A DNA stretch of 64,000 nt, from assembly GCA_002245135.1 (NCBI GenBank), contig NGBS01000294.1:1-64000 (forward strand). Reading direction: 5' to 3'. Origin of the DNA: Proteromonas lacertae (lineage: Eukaryota). The position numbers were made by a program, and so were the translations under genes. This document shows positions 1 to 14,601 of this stretch, piece after piece; within the stretch, counting starts at the first letter, position 1; each line of letters begins with the position of its first letter. The notes below the pieces were generated by a model that saw nothing but the letters and a program-made list of their open reading frames with translations, did no database searches and was not told the origin of the DNA.

Positions 1-984
1 AGAATACAGAACTTTGTTTATCTCATCGATTGAAGATAAGTAATATAATAGTGGATAAATGTAAAATAATGGATAGTAAACAAAAGCCTTTAAAGATAGT
101 GTTTCAAAATCTAGATAAAGATTGTCGAAATATTGTAACAATGATAAAGATAGGAGATGATGTTCGACAAGATCAATTAACACTCCAAATCATTCGAATA
201 ATGGATCGAGTATATATAATAATATAATATATCTATTTATATGTTTTATAATGAATGAATAGTATTGGAGTAAAAGTAAAGAAAAGTTGAATTTGGGTTT
301 AGAATTATATGGTTGTTATGCCAACAGGTGATCATAGTGGAATAATCGAATTTGTAGCTGATTCTGAAACCACGAAATAATATAATGAATAAAGTTGGTT
401 TGAAAGGTGCTTTTGTAAAATCTCCATTAGATGATTGGTTAAGAGATAATAATAAAGCTGAAGGATCTTATAACACAGCAGTTGAAACATTTATAAAGAG
501 TTGTGCTGGTTATTGTGTAGCTACTTATATAATCGGAATAGGTGATCGACATCCAAGTAATATAATGTTAACTCGAAAAGGTAATTTATTTCATATTGAT
601 TTTGGTCATATTTTAGGCAACTTCAAAAAGAAATTGGGAGTAAAAAGAGAGAGAAGTAAATTTGTATTTACTCCTCAAATGTTAGCTGTAATGGGAAATA
701 CGAAAGATAAACGATATAATGAATTTGAAACGAAATGTTGTGAAGCTTATAATATAATTCGAGAGAATAGTTCATTGTTTATTAGTTTATTTCAATTAAT
801 GGTAAGTGCTGGTTTAGATGAATTAGTAAAAGATGATGATATAAATTATTTATGTGATATGTTATTATTAGATGCGAATGAAGAAGATGCGAAAAGTGAA
901 TATAAGAAAGAGATAGTAAAATCGTTAAATACTGCCACAAGACAAGTAGATAATATGGTTCACATGATAAAACATAATAAATAA
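1..984 (+). CDS. Phosphatidylinositol 3-kinase catalytic domain, 5'-truncated; intron 210..262; two apparent +1 frameshifts near 317 and 375
   Basis: Motifs KIMDSKQKPL, KIGDDVRQDQLTLQ, SCAGYCVATYIIGIGDRHPSNIM, HIDFGHILGNFK. Intron GTAT...ATAG at 210..262. Confidence 0.93.
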
Positions 985-1154
985 AATACAATTACAATTT
1001 TATTGTTGTTTTTGTGTATTTGGTAATTGTAAACACATTCTATCTTGATGAAAATGAAAAAAGAAAAGTCAAGCCAAATGTTTGAATGAATTTTCATAAA
1101 CCATTTTCATATTTTCAATAACCACCAAATTTAAAAAGTCTATAAATCATAAAA

Positions 1155-2537
1155 ATGTCAACATATGAATGTGATTCACCAGTATATCTTTTTTTGATGA
1201 TTTATTAGGAAATATTAGACACAAAAGAGATGAAAATAAAGGAGTTGAATGAACTGTATAGAGACAGAAACTGTAAAATTGGTTTAAGATCATTAAGCAA
1301 AGATTTATCGGTTGATTTAAAAGCAAAAGATAAAAGAACGAAAGTGTTAATAATTGGAAATCAGTCTTCAGGTAAGAGTCAGTTTGTGAATTGTATGATA
1401 AATGTATTATGATGATATTTAGGGTATGTTGGAGGGATAGTTCAACAAACAGGAGAACAAATAGATACAACCAAATTCACCTTAATTAGATTTGTTACTA
1501 TAAATCATGATACAGAAATTGGATTAAATGCTTTAAGTTATTGGCCTGAGATAGAAAAATTGAAAGAAAGTGAAAGTTTTTTGGATTATTTTGAAACAAA
1601 ATTTACTGTGTTTAATTCACATGACTCAAAGTTGGTAGATTTGATAGACACTCCTGGTTTATCTGATGATTTATATTGCAATTACAAAGAAGAAGAAATA
1701 ATATTGGAATTAGTAGATAAATGTGATTTAGTGTTGGTATTTCTAGATGAACATGTAGTATTAAGTTGTAATAAAACAAGAGAAATAATAATAAAATTGA
1801 ATGAGAAATATAAAGAGAAAATGATATATTGTTTAACAAAAGTAGATTTATTGAATAGAAATGAATTGGTTAATTGTTCAGTGAGATTAGGAAGTAGTTT
1901 AAGTAGTTTAGGTGTAAATATTGATAAAGTTTATTCTTTATCAATACCAAAGCCATATGAAACTGAAAAGATTAATAATTCATCAGATTTAAATGAGATT
2001 TGTTCAAAAATAGAAAATTTAGTTAATAATAAAATAAATAAATATGAAGAAAGAGTAGGAGAAGATATAAATGAAATAGGATTAGAAATAGAAAAAAGAA
2101 TCAATGATTCAAAGAGATATAAAGATTTCAAATACAAAGAGTTTATGTTATTTGTTTTGAATATAATATTTGTTCATATCATGTATTGTAATAATGATGA
2201 ATATATATATTTAATAGGTTATATTTGTTATACCAAGAAGATAAAGTAAATTTACCAGGAATAAATCAAATTCACTTTTCAATGAAAGGATTGAATGAAT
2301 TTGAAAGAATAATATTATATATTTCAGCAATAATAATAGCTATTTGTATGTTTATGGCTTATAGAATATCGAATGAAGAAAAGAAATTGAAAGAAAAAAC
2401 ACCTTATGATATTAGTTATTATGAGTATATGTTGTTATTATTATTATTGTTATTTATATAGAAAAAGAAAAGAAATTTTGGATAAAAGAAGAATAAATTA
2501 TTATTATATAACACACAGTAATGAAACTGATGAATAG
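1155..2537 (+). CDS. EHD/dynamin-N-like P-loop GTPase with C-terminal hydrophobic segments (multi-exon)
   Basis: G1 GNQSSGKS, G3 DTPG, G4 TKVD. Introns 1182..1208 (27 nt) and 1393..1422 (30 nt) restore the frame to FVNWYVGGIVQQTG. Stop TAG ends at 2537. Confidence 0.8.
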
Positions 2538-2682
2538 GTTGAATAATCTCTCTCATTATCTCACTGTTTTTGTGTAAAATTAATGAATAAGTGATTTGTT
2601 AACTGTTTTTCATTATTATTTATTTTATTTTCAACTCAACAAACAAATTACAACAAAAATATCAAAAATAATAGAAATATAA

Positions 2683-4162
2683 TTAAGTTGAGATTGTAGG
2701 TTTAGAAGGAGGTGATGTTAATAATAGTTTTCTTTTCACTCTTTTCTTTTTCTTATCATTTACTGAAGTATTATTATTATTATTAATAACAACATTCTTT
2801 GGTTCTTTCAAATCACTACTGTATAATAAAGGATTAAAACTATCTACTTTCATTCCATCTAAATCCCTATATACATACATTAATATATATTATATACATT
2901 ATTAATTCATTATTATATTCTTCACTTATTGTATCTTCATTTCGATTTTGTCTATATAATATTTGTTCATTTGTTGGGATTCTTAATAATAATAAACATT
3001 CATTTGTATTTTCATTATTATCACTACTTATTATAATATAATATTCTTTTAATCTATTTATTGGATTATAGGTGTAGAATAATAATCCTATATTACTATT
3101 GCTATGTAAATAGTATATTAAGGTATTGAAATTCTTCATATTATTTAAGTAATTATCATAATTAAAAGTATTATTCATTAAAGGAATCTTTATTAATAAG
3201 GTATAAGAGATAATACTTAAATCAATTGAATTTAACTCAATTTTGCATAATAATGTAAATTTGGTCATTCCATTATGAAATAACGAAGAAATAGAATAAG
3301 AAGTGAATGGAGGGCCATAAATATAAGGTAAAATGATTTTAACATTTATTTCTCTTTTCTATTGTCATTATTAATATATATATAAATACTGTTGTTGTTG
3401 TTGTTGTTGGATTTGAAAGTATTAAAACTGATTCAATGGATGGTAATTCTAATGAAATCCATTCTCTTGTCTTTTTTAATATATTGTAATAATCATTTAA
3501 TAATGGAATTATCTCAATATTCGCATATTCTTCGATTGATCTTTTAAACTCAATTAACTATCAATATTATGTATATTATATATATATATATATATACTTT
3601 ATCTATTTCTATTTCACATGCTGATGATATGTATAATATTTCCAATTTTATACATTTCTTAAATAAATAATTGTACAATTTCTCAATATTTTCATCTTTC
3701 TCAAATATGTTGGAGGTAAAATAAGAGATTCTTATATCCTCATTCTTTTTACCTAAGTTCATTTGGATCAATTTACAACTAACAGTCAATGCCACTGATT
3801 CTAATGGAGAGTTGGTCTTGCTTAATTCACTCACATTTAGTCTTAAACAACTATTCTCGAAATTCTTTAAACTATCTTTGAATTGGCAGGGTTTAAACAT
3901 CACATTCACTCTATACATTTTATATAACTCATAGATTATCTCTACTTCTCACTAATACACAAGCAACTCACATATTCTTCACATAACAATTCCATTGTAC
4001 TTTTTATTAACACTGGAATATATTAATCAACAATATACTGTAGTTTTCAAGACAATTCTTCAGATTCTTCACCAATTCCTCACCTTCTTCTTTCATTCCA
4101 TCATTTACTCTTGTGTCAATAATCTGAGCATATAAAATAGTGAAATATACAACTATATGCAT
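2683..4162 (-). CDS. Multi-exon protein resembling meiosis 1 arrest protein (M1AP) family
   Basis: Spliced start MHIV|IIDTRV at 4162. C-terminal pattern NMKNFNTLIYYL...YYIIISS...LLLLRIPTNEQIL...MKVDSFNPLLY recalls the M1AP C-terminus. The gene is clear; the family call is from memory and tentative. Confidence 0.45.
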
Positions 4163-4400
4163 CTTAAAATGAAAAAGAATAAAAAAGGATCAAGTTTTTG
4201 GCTTGAATGAAACGATCATAATTTTGATATTTTTTAAATTTTAAATTAAGTGTAATTATGATGAATACATGATGATAATATATTATTATAGAAATGGAGT
4301 TATAGAGAGTTTCTGGTGTGTACATAGATTTTTACATAAATTATTCATAAATCAAAGAGAAGTAATTAATAAACAGTATTTTTATTAATCAAATGTTTAT

Positions 4401-7400
4401 TTAGGCATTTAACATAGATCCCAATCCATAATTTATTACTATTCTCAAATTTCTTTCCAACAAATCATAATTTGAATAATCTGGTAAATCAATTTGAAAA
4501 CTACAGGTATGTGATGATGGTAATCTATCTGTAGAACAACATCTATATATTATGAATGAATTATTCCAATTTTCTCCTTTCAAAGGCAATCTACTTCTTC
4601 CCCAAACAAATCTTATGAATTTTCTTCTTTCTTCATTGTTAAAACTCTCCATTACTTTCCAAAAATCAATTATTGTTTGACTATTACTATCATATCCTTC
4701 ATATCTAGTATGTTGTTTCAAATATTCAACATCTATCTCTGCTTTTCCACACACAAATTCTTCTATATCATCTCCATTAAATAAGAAGAAATATGATTGT
4801 GGAATTACACTATACAATCCTTTTAATATTGATTTTATTTGAATATCACATCGATGAATAAAATAATTGGTTATTAATTCACAATGTTTTTCTTTATTCT
4901 CCATATTCAATTCTTCTTCAATTCCTTCATTTAGATTCATTATCTCACCATTTTCATCACTTATCACAAATGCTGGTTGTTTTGGTAATTCTTCTTCATT
5001 TTTAGCATTTCTTATCTCTTCTAGATTATTATATAAATATTGATCTAAATCATAGATATCTTCATATCTTAATTCATTTCCATTAAAAACATTCCAAAAA
5101 CATTTGGGAAACATAAATGGTAAAGAGGCATTTGATAATATTGAATATCCCATTATTCTACCAACAAATTCATACATTTTCAAATGTTCTATCTCTTTAC
5201 AATTTGGATTGGGAATAAAACAATCAGTATCAATACCATATTTATGTTTATTGTTACTTGTTGGAATAAACAAATCAAAATATTCACTGAATAAATCTTC
5301 AATCATTTCTTCTAAACATTCTCTATATGGTCCACCTGCATCTGAAGCACCTTCATTTGTAAAATGAACTGTAAATACTTGATATCCATCAGATGTTGCA
5401 AACCATATTCTTTCTCCATATCCATATAATTGATTGTATAATTGTTTAAATACACAATTTGATTGTAATGAGTTTATTTTTCCTTTTACCTTTTCATTAT
5501 TTGCTTTAAATCTGTCAATTTCTACAGATTTTACACTATTTCCATATCTAATTCTTAATTCATTCTTTACTTTATTGGAATATAACTTCTTTTGTTTCTT
5601 TGATATAAATATCTTATTCTCTTTAATCAAATATGCAAAACTACCTTTTGTATCTAATTGAGACAAATCAACATATTTTAATACCTCAATCATATTCTTT
5701 CCTATTATATCAATGGCTAAAACAACTAATTTAAATATTTTCCATGTTGGTATAGTATCCATCCCATTTTCATTTATGTATTGATTATAAACATCCAATA
5801 ATTGTTCTGGTGTTTTAAATTCCTCGCTGAATTTATCTTTTATCTTCAGAATATTCTTAATTATTGCTCCATTCTTTATACAATCATTCACTTTTTCAAC
5901 CACATCTTTATTATCTTCTCCAACTTTATGCAATATATTAAAATCATTTATTCTTCCAGTTGGAGATAAAATCATCATTATTCTATATGCATTGTGAGAA
6001 TCGGATTCTGATGGATTTACATTTATACATATCTTATCAACAATATCATCCATATGAATATAAGCTTCTTTATCAAATTTTCTATACCTGTTACTACTAC
6101 ACCCATTATTTAGAAAACTAATACTTCCATTTCCAACATTTGTATTTTTACATATAACTACATCAACTCCATTGAAATAACTACATTCATATTCAAATTT
6201 AAATGATTTGGTGTTTGTTATTGGATAAGCTGATCCATATCTTTTTGTATAACGATCTTGTAAAATTGCATATTCTATTAATTCTATTGGCGATTCTGAT
6301 TTGTTGATTAATGACAATAATACTGAATATACTGAAGATATTTTCTCAATAGACATTTTATTATTAAATATTTGATTATAATTAATTACATTTGAATTGA
6401 ATTTTGACATACAATATAATTCTATCAGGAATAAATCTGTATTAATTTGTTCATAATTGTAGTTTATATTAGCAAATACTTGGCTTGCTAAATCATCTAT
6501 TTCTTTTGATTGTGTTACTAAATCTTTAAATCTTTCATCTCTGAATAATGTAACTAATATATTTATTATTCTTTCTTTGTTTATAGACTTAACAAATTGT
6601 TTTACTAAAGTATTGAATAGTTGTTGTTTGATTTCTTTGTTTAATGAATCTATTATATTTGATTGATGTAATATAATATTCAATAACCATAATGACCACT
6701 CTAAATTTGGATTTGATACAAAAGCTCTTTCAGATAATATTTCTGAATCTCCTAATCCAATAACAAACATTCTATATCCCCATCTACTATTATAATAATT
6801 AAATCTAAATCTGTAGTAAAGGCTATTAGAATATACCACAAAAGATTTAAGACTATTATTTTCATCAAATCTTTCAAAAGTATTGTTACATCTTTCATCT
6901 AAATAAAAACTCAAACTTCCACTTCTAATATCACTCTTTTCATCAAATATTATTACCATTGATTTACAGTTGGATAACGATATTTTCCCTATGTAATCTG
7001 AAACATTATACAGTGGATGTAATGATTCTACAACTTCATAATTAGTAACTTCTGATGTGACTGAAGAATGATTTAAATACCACAATATTTCACATATTGA
7101 AAGAGAAATAATTGATGATAAAGAATGATTATTACATTCACATGGAGATATTTCATTTCCAAATTCAATTTTCTCATTAAAAGTACCATACTTTAATTTA
7201 GTAACATACATCTTTGTCATAATCTCAAATGAATTATTAACATTTCCATTTTCTATTATATTTGATAATATATTTGTATTTAAAGAATTTCCACTACTTA
7301 ATCTTTTATATAATTGAAGAAATAAATATGGATCTTCAATTGAATAAACATTTGAATTATTAACCATCAGTTTCATTATAATATCTCTATTTGTATTTAT

Positions 7401-10400
7401 GATTAATGTGTTTGTTATTTCATTTATATAATTCAATGAATCATTAGTATTACATATCTTATAACCATATTTATCATCTACAAAATAAATATTTTCAAAC
7501 AACATATTATCTTTAATACAAATAACAGTTGATTGGTTATTGTTTAAAGTAAGTAAATAATTCATTTGATTCTTTCTACACAAATACATTGCAAATTCTT
7601 CTTTGCTTGAATTGGATTTTACATATACTATTTGACCAATTCTTAATGGAATTTTACTATCATATCTAGATAAAATACAAAATCTTGATGTTTTATTATT
7701 TATATCAATTATACTATTCACTTCATTTATATTACTATAATCAATTCCTTGTTTTGATAAAAAATCTTTTGGTAACAAATATTTAAATATCTCTTTTGAA
7801 TAATCTTTATATTTCTCTTTATTATCTAATAACCATTTCGTTGGATTATTAGAATTTTGACATAATTCCATCGCTTTTTTAGCTAATTCTATTGAACAAC
7901 CTATTTGTTCAGACAATATTAATTCATTTTGACAATACGTAGTTGATTTAACAAATAAATAATTCATGGAATAAAACATATTGGAATTGAATGTTAATAT
8001 ATGAGATAGTTGAAGTGTTGATAATGATAATGGAATATTTGATATTGATACTGAGATATTCAGTATTGATTTTATTATATTCTGTAATAAAACAGTTGGA
8101 ATTGATTCATAATGATTATTAACTTCATATTTCAAATAATTGAATAACAATAATGAGATTGTTTCTATTTGAACAGAAAGAGATTTATTCAGATTAATAT
8201 CATTTATATCATAAACTACTTTTATTAAATCACATAATAATGATGAATATGGAGTTTCATTTAATGGAATTGATGGAATATTCATTGATATAATTGAATC
8301 ATAATCAACTTCATATATCTCTTTTGATGATTCTATTTCAACTTTCAACTTTGAATAACATTCTTCCATTTCTATTACTCTACATTTTGATATATTTCCT
8401 TTCATATTCACTTCAACGATAGAATCTTTAGAGATTGTTGATTGAATTCCACCATGAATTGATAATAATCCTACACTTATATAAATATCATCATTCATTC
8501 TAAAAGAATCAATAGATTTTAATGATTCAATCAGTTTCTCTACATATATATGAGATTCATTGAATAATAATGTGAATATTGATTTATTATTTATCACATT
8601 TCTTAAAAATTGGAGTAAATTTGTTTTTTTCCACATCAAGTTTCTTTCATTATAGTTATTATAAGAATTTACACAATTATCATGAGATGGGAATATCATT
8701 CCTATTTTTGTATAAGGTAATTGACATTGCTTACATATATTTGATCCAATTTCATTTTTACAATCACATATAATACATTTCCATATAGATATAGATTTGA
8801 TATTATCATAATAATCATTTGTTTTAAATGTCATATTATCATCATATAATATTATTCGTCCTAATTCTAATAATAATATCATCATGAAATCTAAAATTCT
8901 TTTTATAAATGATGAATCAGTTGTTGATATTTCTAATACATTGCTTTTGATACATTTTAATATTAATATTTGATTTGGTATTGTTGTGTTTTGATATAAG
9001 TCTATCATCATTATTAAAACATTTTGGTTGTTAATCCATTCTTTTAATATTTCTAAATCACTAATTCTGTATAATTGTGATAATATAAGAGATAATTTTC
9101 TAGTAACTATCGATTCATCTTCATTAAACAAATTCAAATCAATATTTATTCCTTTTTCTTTATCATTTGATTGAATAAGTGACATTAACATATCTCTTTC
9201 TTTATCATATGATAATTGGTTTTTATTTTGATAAATTTGATAGATATTCTTCAATTTTCTTTCAACATAAGTAAATAATGATGATAAATGTGGATTTGAT
9301 GATTGTATTGAAATATTTGTTGATGGAATAACGATTGGTTGATATGAAGGAATTTCTTCTTTTGAATTTTTCTTAAACAATTCTTCAAATTTATCTTCAT
9401 ATTTCTTTTCATATGATTGTTTCTTTATTCCACCATCTTTTATAATAGATGATGTAATAAACAAAGCAATATTATTACATAAATCATCTATTGAACAAGT
9501 TGCTAAAACATCATCATGAAAACTTCTGTGAAAAGATGTTGTTGTTATACCACTATCAATATTTAATCTATGTGATTTATTAGCATCTTCACTTTCATTT
9601 TTATTCTTATTACATATTCTTATGAAATTGTCATTAGAAGAACATATTCCCATTTCTGTCAATGCATCATAAACTAATAGCTTAATATTCTCCTCACTTA
9701 TATATTTCACATATAAATGCAAATCTAAACCAGTTTCAATTCCATATTTTCTCCAAAATAAATCACTTAAATTCATTGACAATAATTCTAATAATAATTC
9801 GGATTTATTGAAATATCCATTTGATATTGCATCATAAACAGATTGATGATAATGTTTTAAACATTTTTCTTCTATTCATTATAAACAATTAATATATTAT
9901 ACTTTTAATTTCATTTATATCTTTAAGATGATAAATCTTGTTGAATCTAATAATATGATTGAATAAATCCATTATTTGTGATTCTTCTAATATCCAAGAA
10001 TCACATTCTGTATAATCCAAATATAACTCTTTCACATATAACAAATCATTATAATACTATATGAAAATAGAATAATGAATGAAATATACTTGTTTATCAA
10101 AACAAATAATCATTGAATTCTTGAATGAAATTAAAAATCTGAGAAATTCATTTGATAATTCATAATATGATTTGGATTTACATCCATATACATCTTTTGA
10201 ATAATGATGATAGCAGTTGATTTCCTCTTCTATTGATAATTCTTTATTTTCATATTTTCCACATAAACTACATAAAAATCCATTCAATATCAACGAATTT
10301 GAACCATCATTATTCAATAGCAAACTATACATTCTCAAACCAGATATTCTCAATTTAGTTCTTATTTCTCTTCTTTCTAATAGTCTAATCATCATTTCAT

Positions 10401-13400
10401 TACTTATTGAATTTCCATTACAAATATAAGATAAAGCAACTTTCACTTTTGATTCTATATCATTGTTTTTTTCATTTGAATTATGTAATTCACATTGTTG
10501 TATTAAAATACATCTTTCTTCTAATCTTTTCAAATAATCAACAAATGTATTTGGAAATGTAAAATCAACATTTCTTCTTCTATTCTCTTTTTCATTTGTT
10601 TCTTCTTCCATTCTGTTGTTATAAAATTGTTTCATTTCTCTTAAATGATGTATTACTCTACATAAAGTTATTATTATTGGTTTTATTGTTTCATAATCAA
10701 ATTCACTTTCTTCATTTTCATTGAATAATATAAACATCTTAAATATATCTAATGATTTTTCACAAATGTAGGATAAACTACATAAACATTGGATTATTGG
10801 ATTAAACATTTCTTCATTATTCATTATCAACTGTGGACCAATTATTCCATTTAATCTTGTTATTATTTTAACAATGAATCTCATTGATTTATCTGTTGAT
10901 TTGGATAATGAAGTGTATAATTGATTTGTCAAAGAATCACTTTTTGGTTTATTAATTGTTTGAATGAAATTATCATCACATATTCTCTTATCAATTGGTA
11001 GTTTTGATATATATTTGTTATTATCAAATGATTCTAATAGAAACTGTAATATTGGAGGATTTGTAATTGATTGTAATGATTCAAAGAAGAATTGTTTATC
11101 TGTATTTGTTAATCCTTTCATTTCGATTTTCTCTAATGGTTTTACATGAATCAATTCATTAAATTCATCATATTCATATTTTGATATGTAATTGTTTATG
11201 AATAATAATATCATATTTGAGTATCTAATGTATGTTATTGAAGATTCTGATGGATGAAAAGTCAATTCTGGAACTATTCAATTATAGTAATAAACAATAT
11301 ACAACTTATTCCATTATTCTCTATTTCATGAGGAATTAATCCAATCACATCATAATTCATATCAAATGGAGTTGACTTTTCATATTCTTTCATTAATCCA
11401 TTACAGAATAATGGGGAATTTAACCAATATGACAACTTTTCTTCTTCATATGACATTGTAAGTGATTTTGTTAATTGAGAAGCACAATAACCACAAACAT
11501 ATGAAATATAATCATATAAACATTCATTTTGGATATTTCGATTATTATTCATTATTTCATAAATATCATTTCTTAAACCAATCAAATCGGATGAAATAGC
11601 TGAGATAAATGGAAATATTAATTCATCTGATTGAACTTTGGTTATAATAAACAAAATTAAGAATAAATTCAATGGTAATGTTTGAAACACAAATGAATAT
11701 TCTTTATCAATACACTTTGATGAATTTGCATTATTCAAATAATGTTTTACACTGATTAATAATGAATCTATCATTCTATAATCAATAAATAATAATAACA
11801 ATATTTATACTCAATAATATAAAGAAGCTTCTCTTTAAGATTACTATTATCAATTGTTTTAATTTCTTTCACAAACTGAAATACAGTTAATTTTAAGATG
11901 TATTGTAGAATTGTTTCACCTAAACAACTTTCATGATGACTTTTAATTGAAGAGGAGAGTATTTTTAAAGTTTCAAAATGGAACATTTTGATTTTTGGAT
12001 TGAAAACATCACTTTCAAGTTTACACATCTCTTTTGGATTGGTTAATAATGGTTTAAATTGTTCAACAATTTGATTTGATAAATAATTATCATATTTACT
12101 TGCATTTATCAACATTTCTAGTTTTGAACCAGGAGGTGAATCTTTGAGTATGTTTATACAATAATTCTTCATAATTTCTGATAATTTTATATTCTTCAAC
12201 AAATTTCTTATCTTTTCATTGTTTTCTTTCTCATTAATCCAATCATTGTATTTCTCAATTGTTGTATTGATTGTTATTAACAAATTTCTATATTCTTCTG
12301 AATAATTACAACCACTATTTGATAAATCATATGAATAAAGATAATTCATTTCTTTATTCAATAAATCAAATAACAAAACAATCATCTCTATATTATCAAT
12401 TGTTGTTTTTGGATTTGACATTAGTAGTTGAATGTAGTTTAACAATATTGACAGATAATGAGGATGAAGATCTAAAACATGCCAATTGCCCAATTCAAGT
12501 TTGTTAATTATTCTGAGAAATTCTAATGGATAGTTAGAATAGTATAATTTCTCTTCTTCTTCATATGAAACTATCTTTGCATCTTTAATTGAAAGTTTTA
12601 TTTGAATGAATACATCAATCAATTTACCTCTATTCTCTTCATTCATTTTGATTCTGTCTATATTCATTAGAAATTGAAATAAATAATCTATTGCTCCTGT
12701 TTTTAATACCAAATCTAAGATTGCAGAAACTGTTTCATTATAACAATCTATCTCATTTGAGTTTAAAATATGATTGAAAAGTTTATCAAATATATTTTTA
12801 ATTGAAACATCATATCTACTATTTGATGAATTTTTTGATAAACTAACTGTATTTATTGATATATTCTCACTCTTCCCATTGAATAATCTCATTTGTAATT
12901 CAAATAGATTATTGAATGGAATTGTATCTTTTTCAAATACAACACATAGATTTTTATCTTTTACATCTTTTTTATTCAATTCATAATCTATTTCGATTGG
13001 TGGGATAATCTTTGGATTTCCATATTTGAAAATGAATTTTATTCTAAATGTAAATAAACAAAAGAATAATACTTTTGTGGCATTCTTTTATCTTTGAATT
13101 CTATATTTGCACTTTTAATTGGATCAAAATAATTATTTTGTTTATTATTATAGAAATGACATACCAAATCATTATTAACAAATTCATCTATATAATTTAT
13201 AGGAAGTAAATTATACTTTTCGATTTAATAAAGTTACAAAACTCTTCTTTATAAAAACAAATGTTATATAATTTTGACCTATTATATGAATAATAACATT
13301 AATTTATACAATTCATATTTTTTATTATATGCTTTTAACATCAGTTGAATTTCTTTTAAAACATCTGAATTAATGATTGATATATTCTTTGCTATTTCAT

Positions 13401-13823
13401 TGATAATCTGATATTTATCATCTTTTTCTTTAGTATCAATCATTTTATAATCATTAGTAGATCTTGCCTATATAAATAACAAATAATAACATACTACTTT
13501 GACATAATTATCATTTTCTTCAATCAACAAAAAAAGTAAGTCATTTGTCCTTGTTTCTACTTCTTTACTTCTTTTGGCTGTATATTCAACATAACCATTA
13601 TAAATCTGCTTGTCATACCACTTTTTACAGAAATCATCTTCTTCTTTCAGCTTTTTGGTAAATACACTGTTAGTTTTCTATAATATAACCATAAATATCA
13701 TACATTAGGAGTTTTGATATTGATCTTGTATAAATTATCAAGTAATAGTGAAAATTCCACTTTTTCTTCTTTATTTTTGCCAATATCTGCTGCATTGGCT
13801 GAATAATATGAAGAATAACTCAT
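4401..13823 (-). CDS. Giant HECT E3 ubiquitin ligase of roughly 3,000 aa (multi-exon)
   Basis: C-terminal HECT (EGASDAGGPYRE, FIRFVWG, LPSSHTCSFQIDLPDY). RanBP2-type Zn finger WKCIICDCKN..ICKQC, UBA-like segment, VESLHP module. ORFs 4401-9782, 10057-11265, 11274-11801 and 11771-12979 are joined by short introns; probable ATG at 13823. Confidence 0.88.
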
Positions 13824-14601
13824 TCTTTATCTAAAAAATAAGAAAATGAGGTAATGAGTATGAAAGTGAAAGATATATTGCGTAAAATGATAGATAGATA
13901 TATACCAACTACAAATAATGCAAATTTAACTGCTTTTAAATGTTCACTTGAGAAGAAAACAAAGAAATGCAAAAAAGAAAAACTTTCAATTTTCTTTTTT
14001 ACAATAATTCTTTGGTTCTCTTATCACATATTACCTCCATAATAGAAAACAACCGATAAACATGTGCAAACTCATTATGAATTGTTGCTAATGAAAAGCA
14101 CTTTGTTTCAGAGAGTAATGTCTAATTCTATAAATGCTATATCAGAATACGATATTTTATTAGCATTATTAAATTAATGTGGTAGTATTTATATGCAGAA
14201 CATAATTCAAACTACTAGAACATTTATGAATAAATTAACACATCTGAGAAGGTTGTCTAGAAATAATAATGATTAATCTATATACATATTATTTCTTTCA
14301 ATAATACTATAAAACACAGTGCTCAACTCCTAATTAACTGAATTTAATGAACATTTATGCTATACAGTACTTTCCATCTCACATAAACGCATCAATTAAT
14401 TTTAGACCAAATCTTATTCTTGTATATCATTTAATTAAAAGATTTTCAAATATCAGAAAACCGAAAACCGAATCTTTAATGATTTTTTTTAAATCTTTGT
14501 TTATAGTGGTTAATTACACTTGATGGATGAGAATATAAATTAAAAGCACAAAAGTTTAACGTACAATCAAACTATAATAATAAAATTAGAATTTACAAAA
14601 A

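Noticed and set aside
13854..14042. 62-aa ORF upstream of the HECT gene
   Set aside because: No motifs, and it lies in a probable promoter region, so it is likely a chance ORF.
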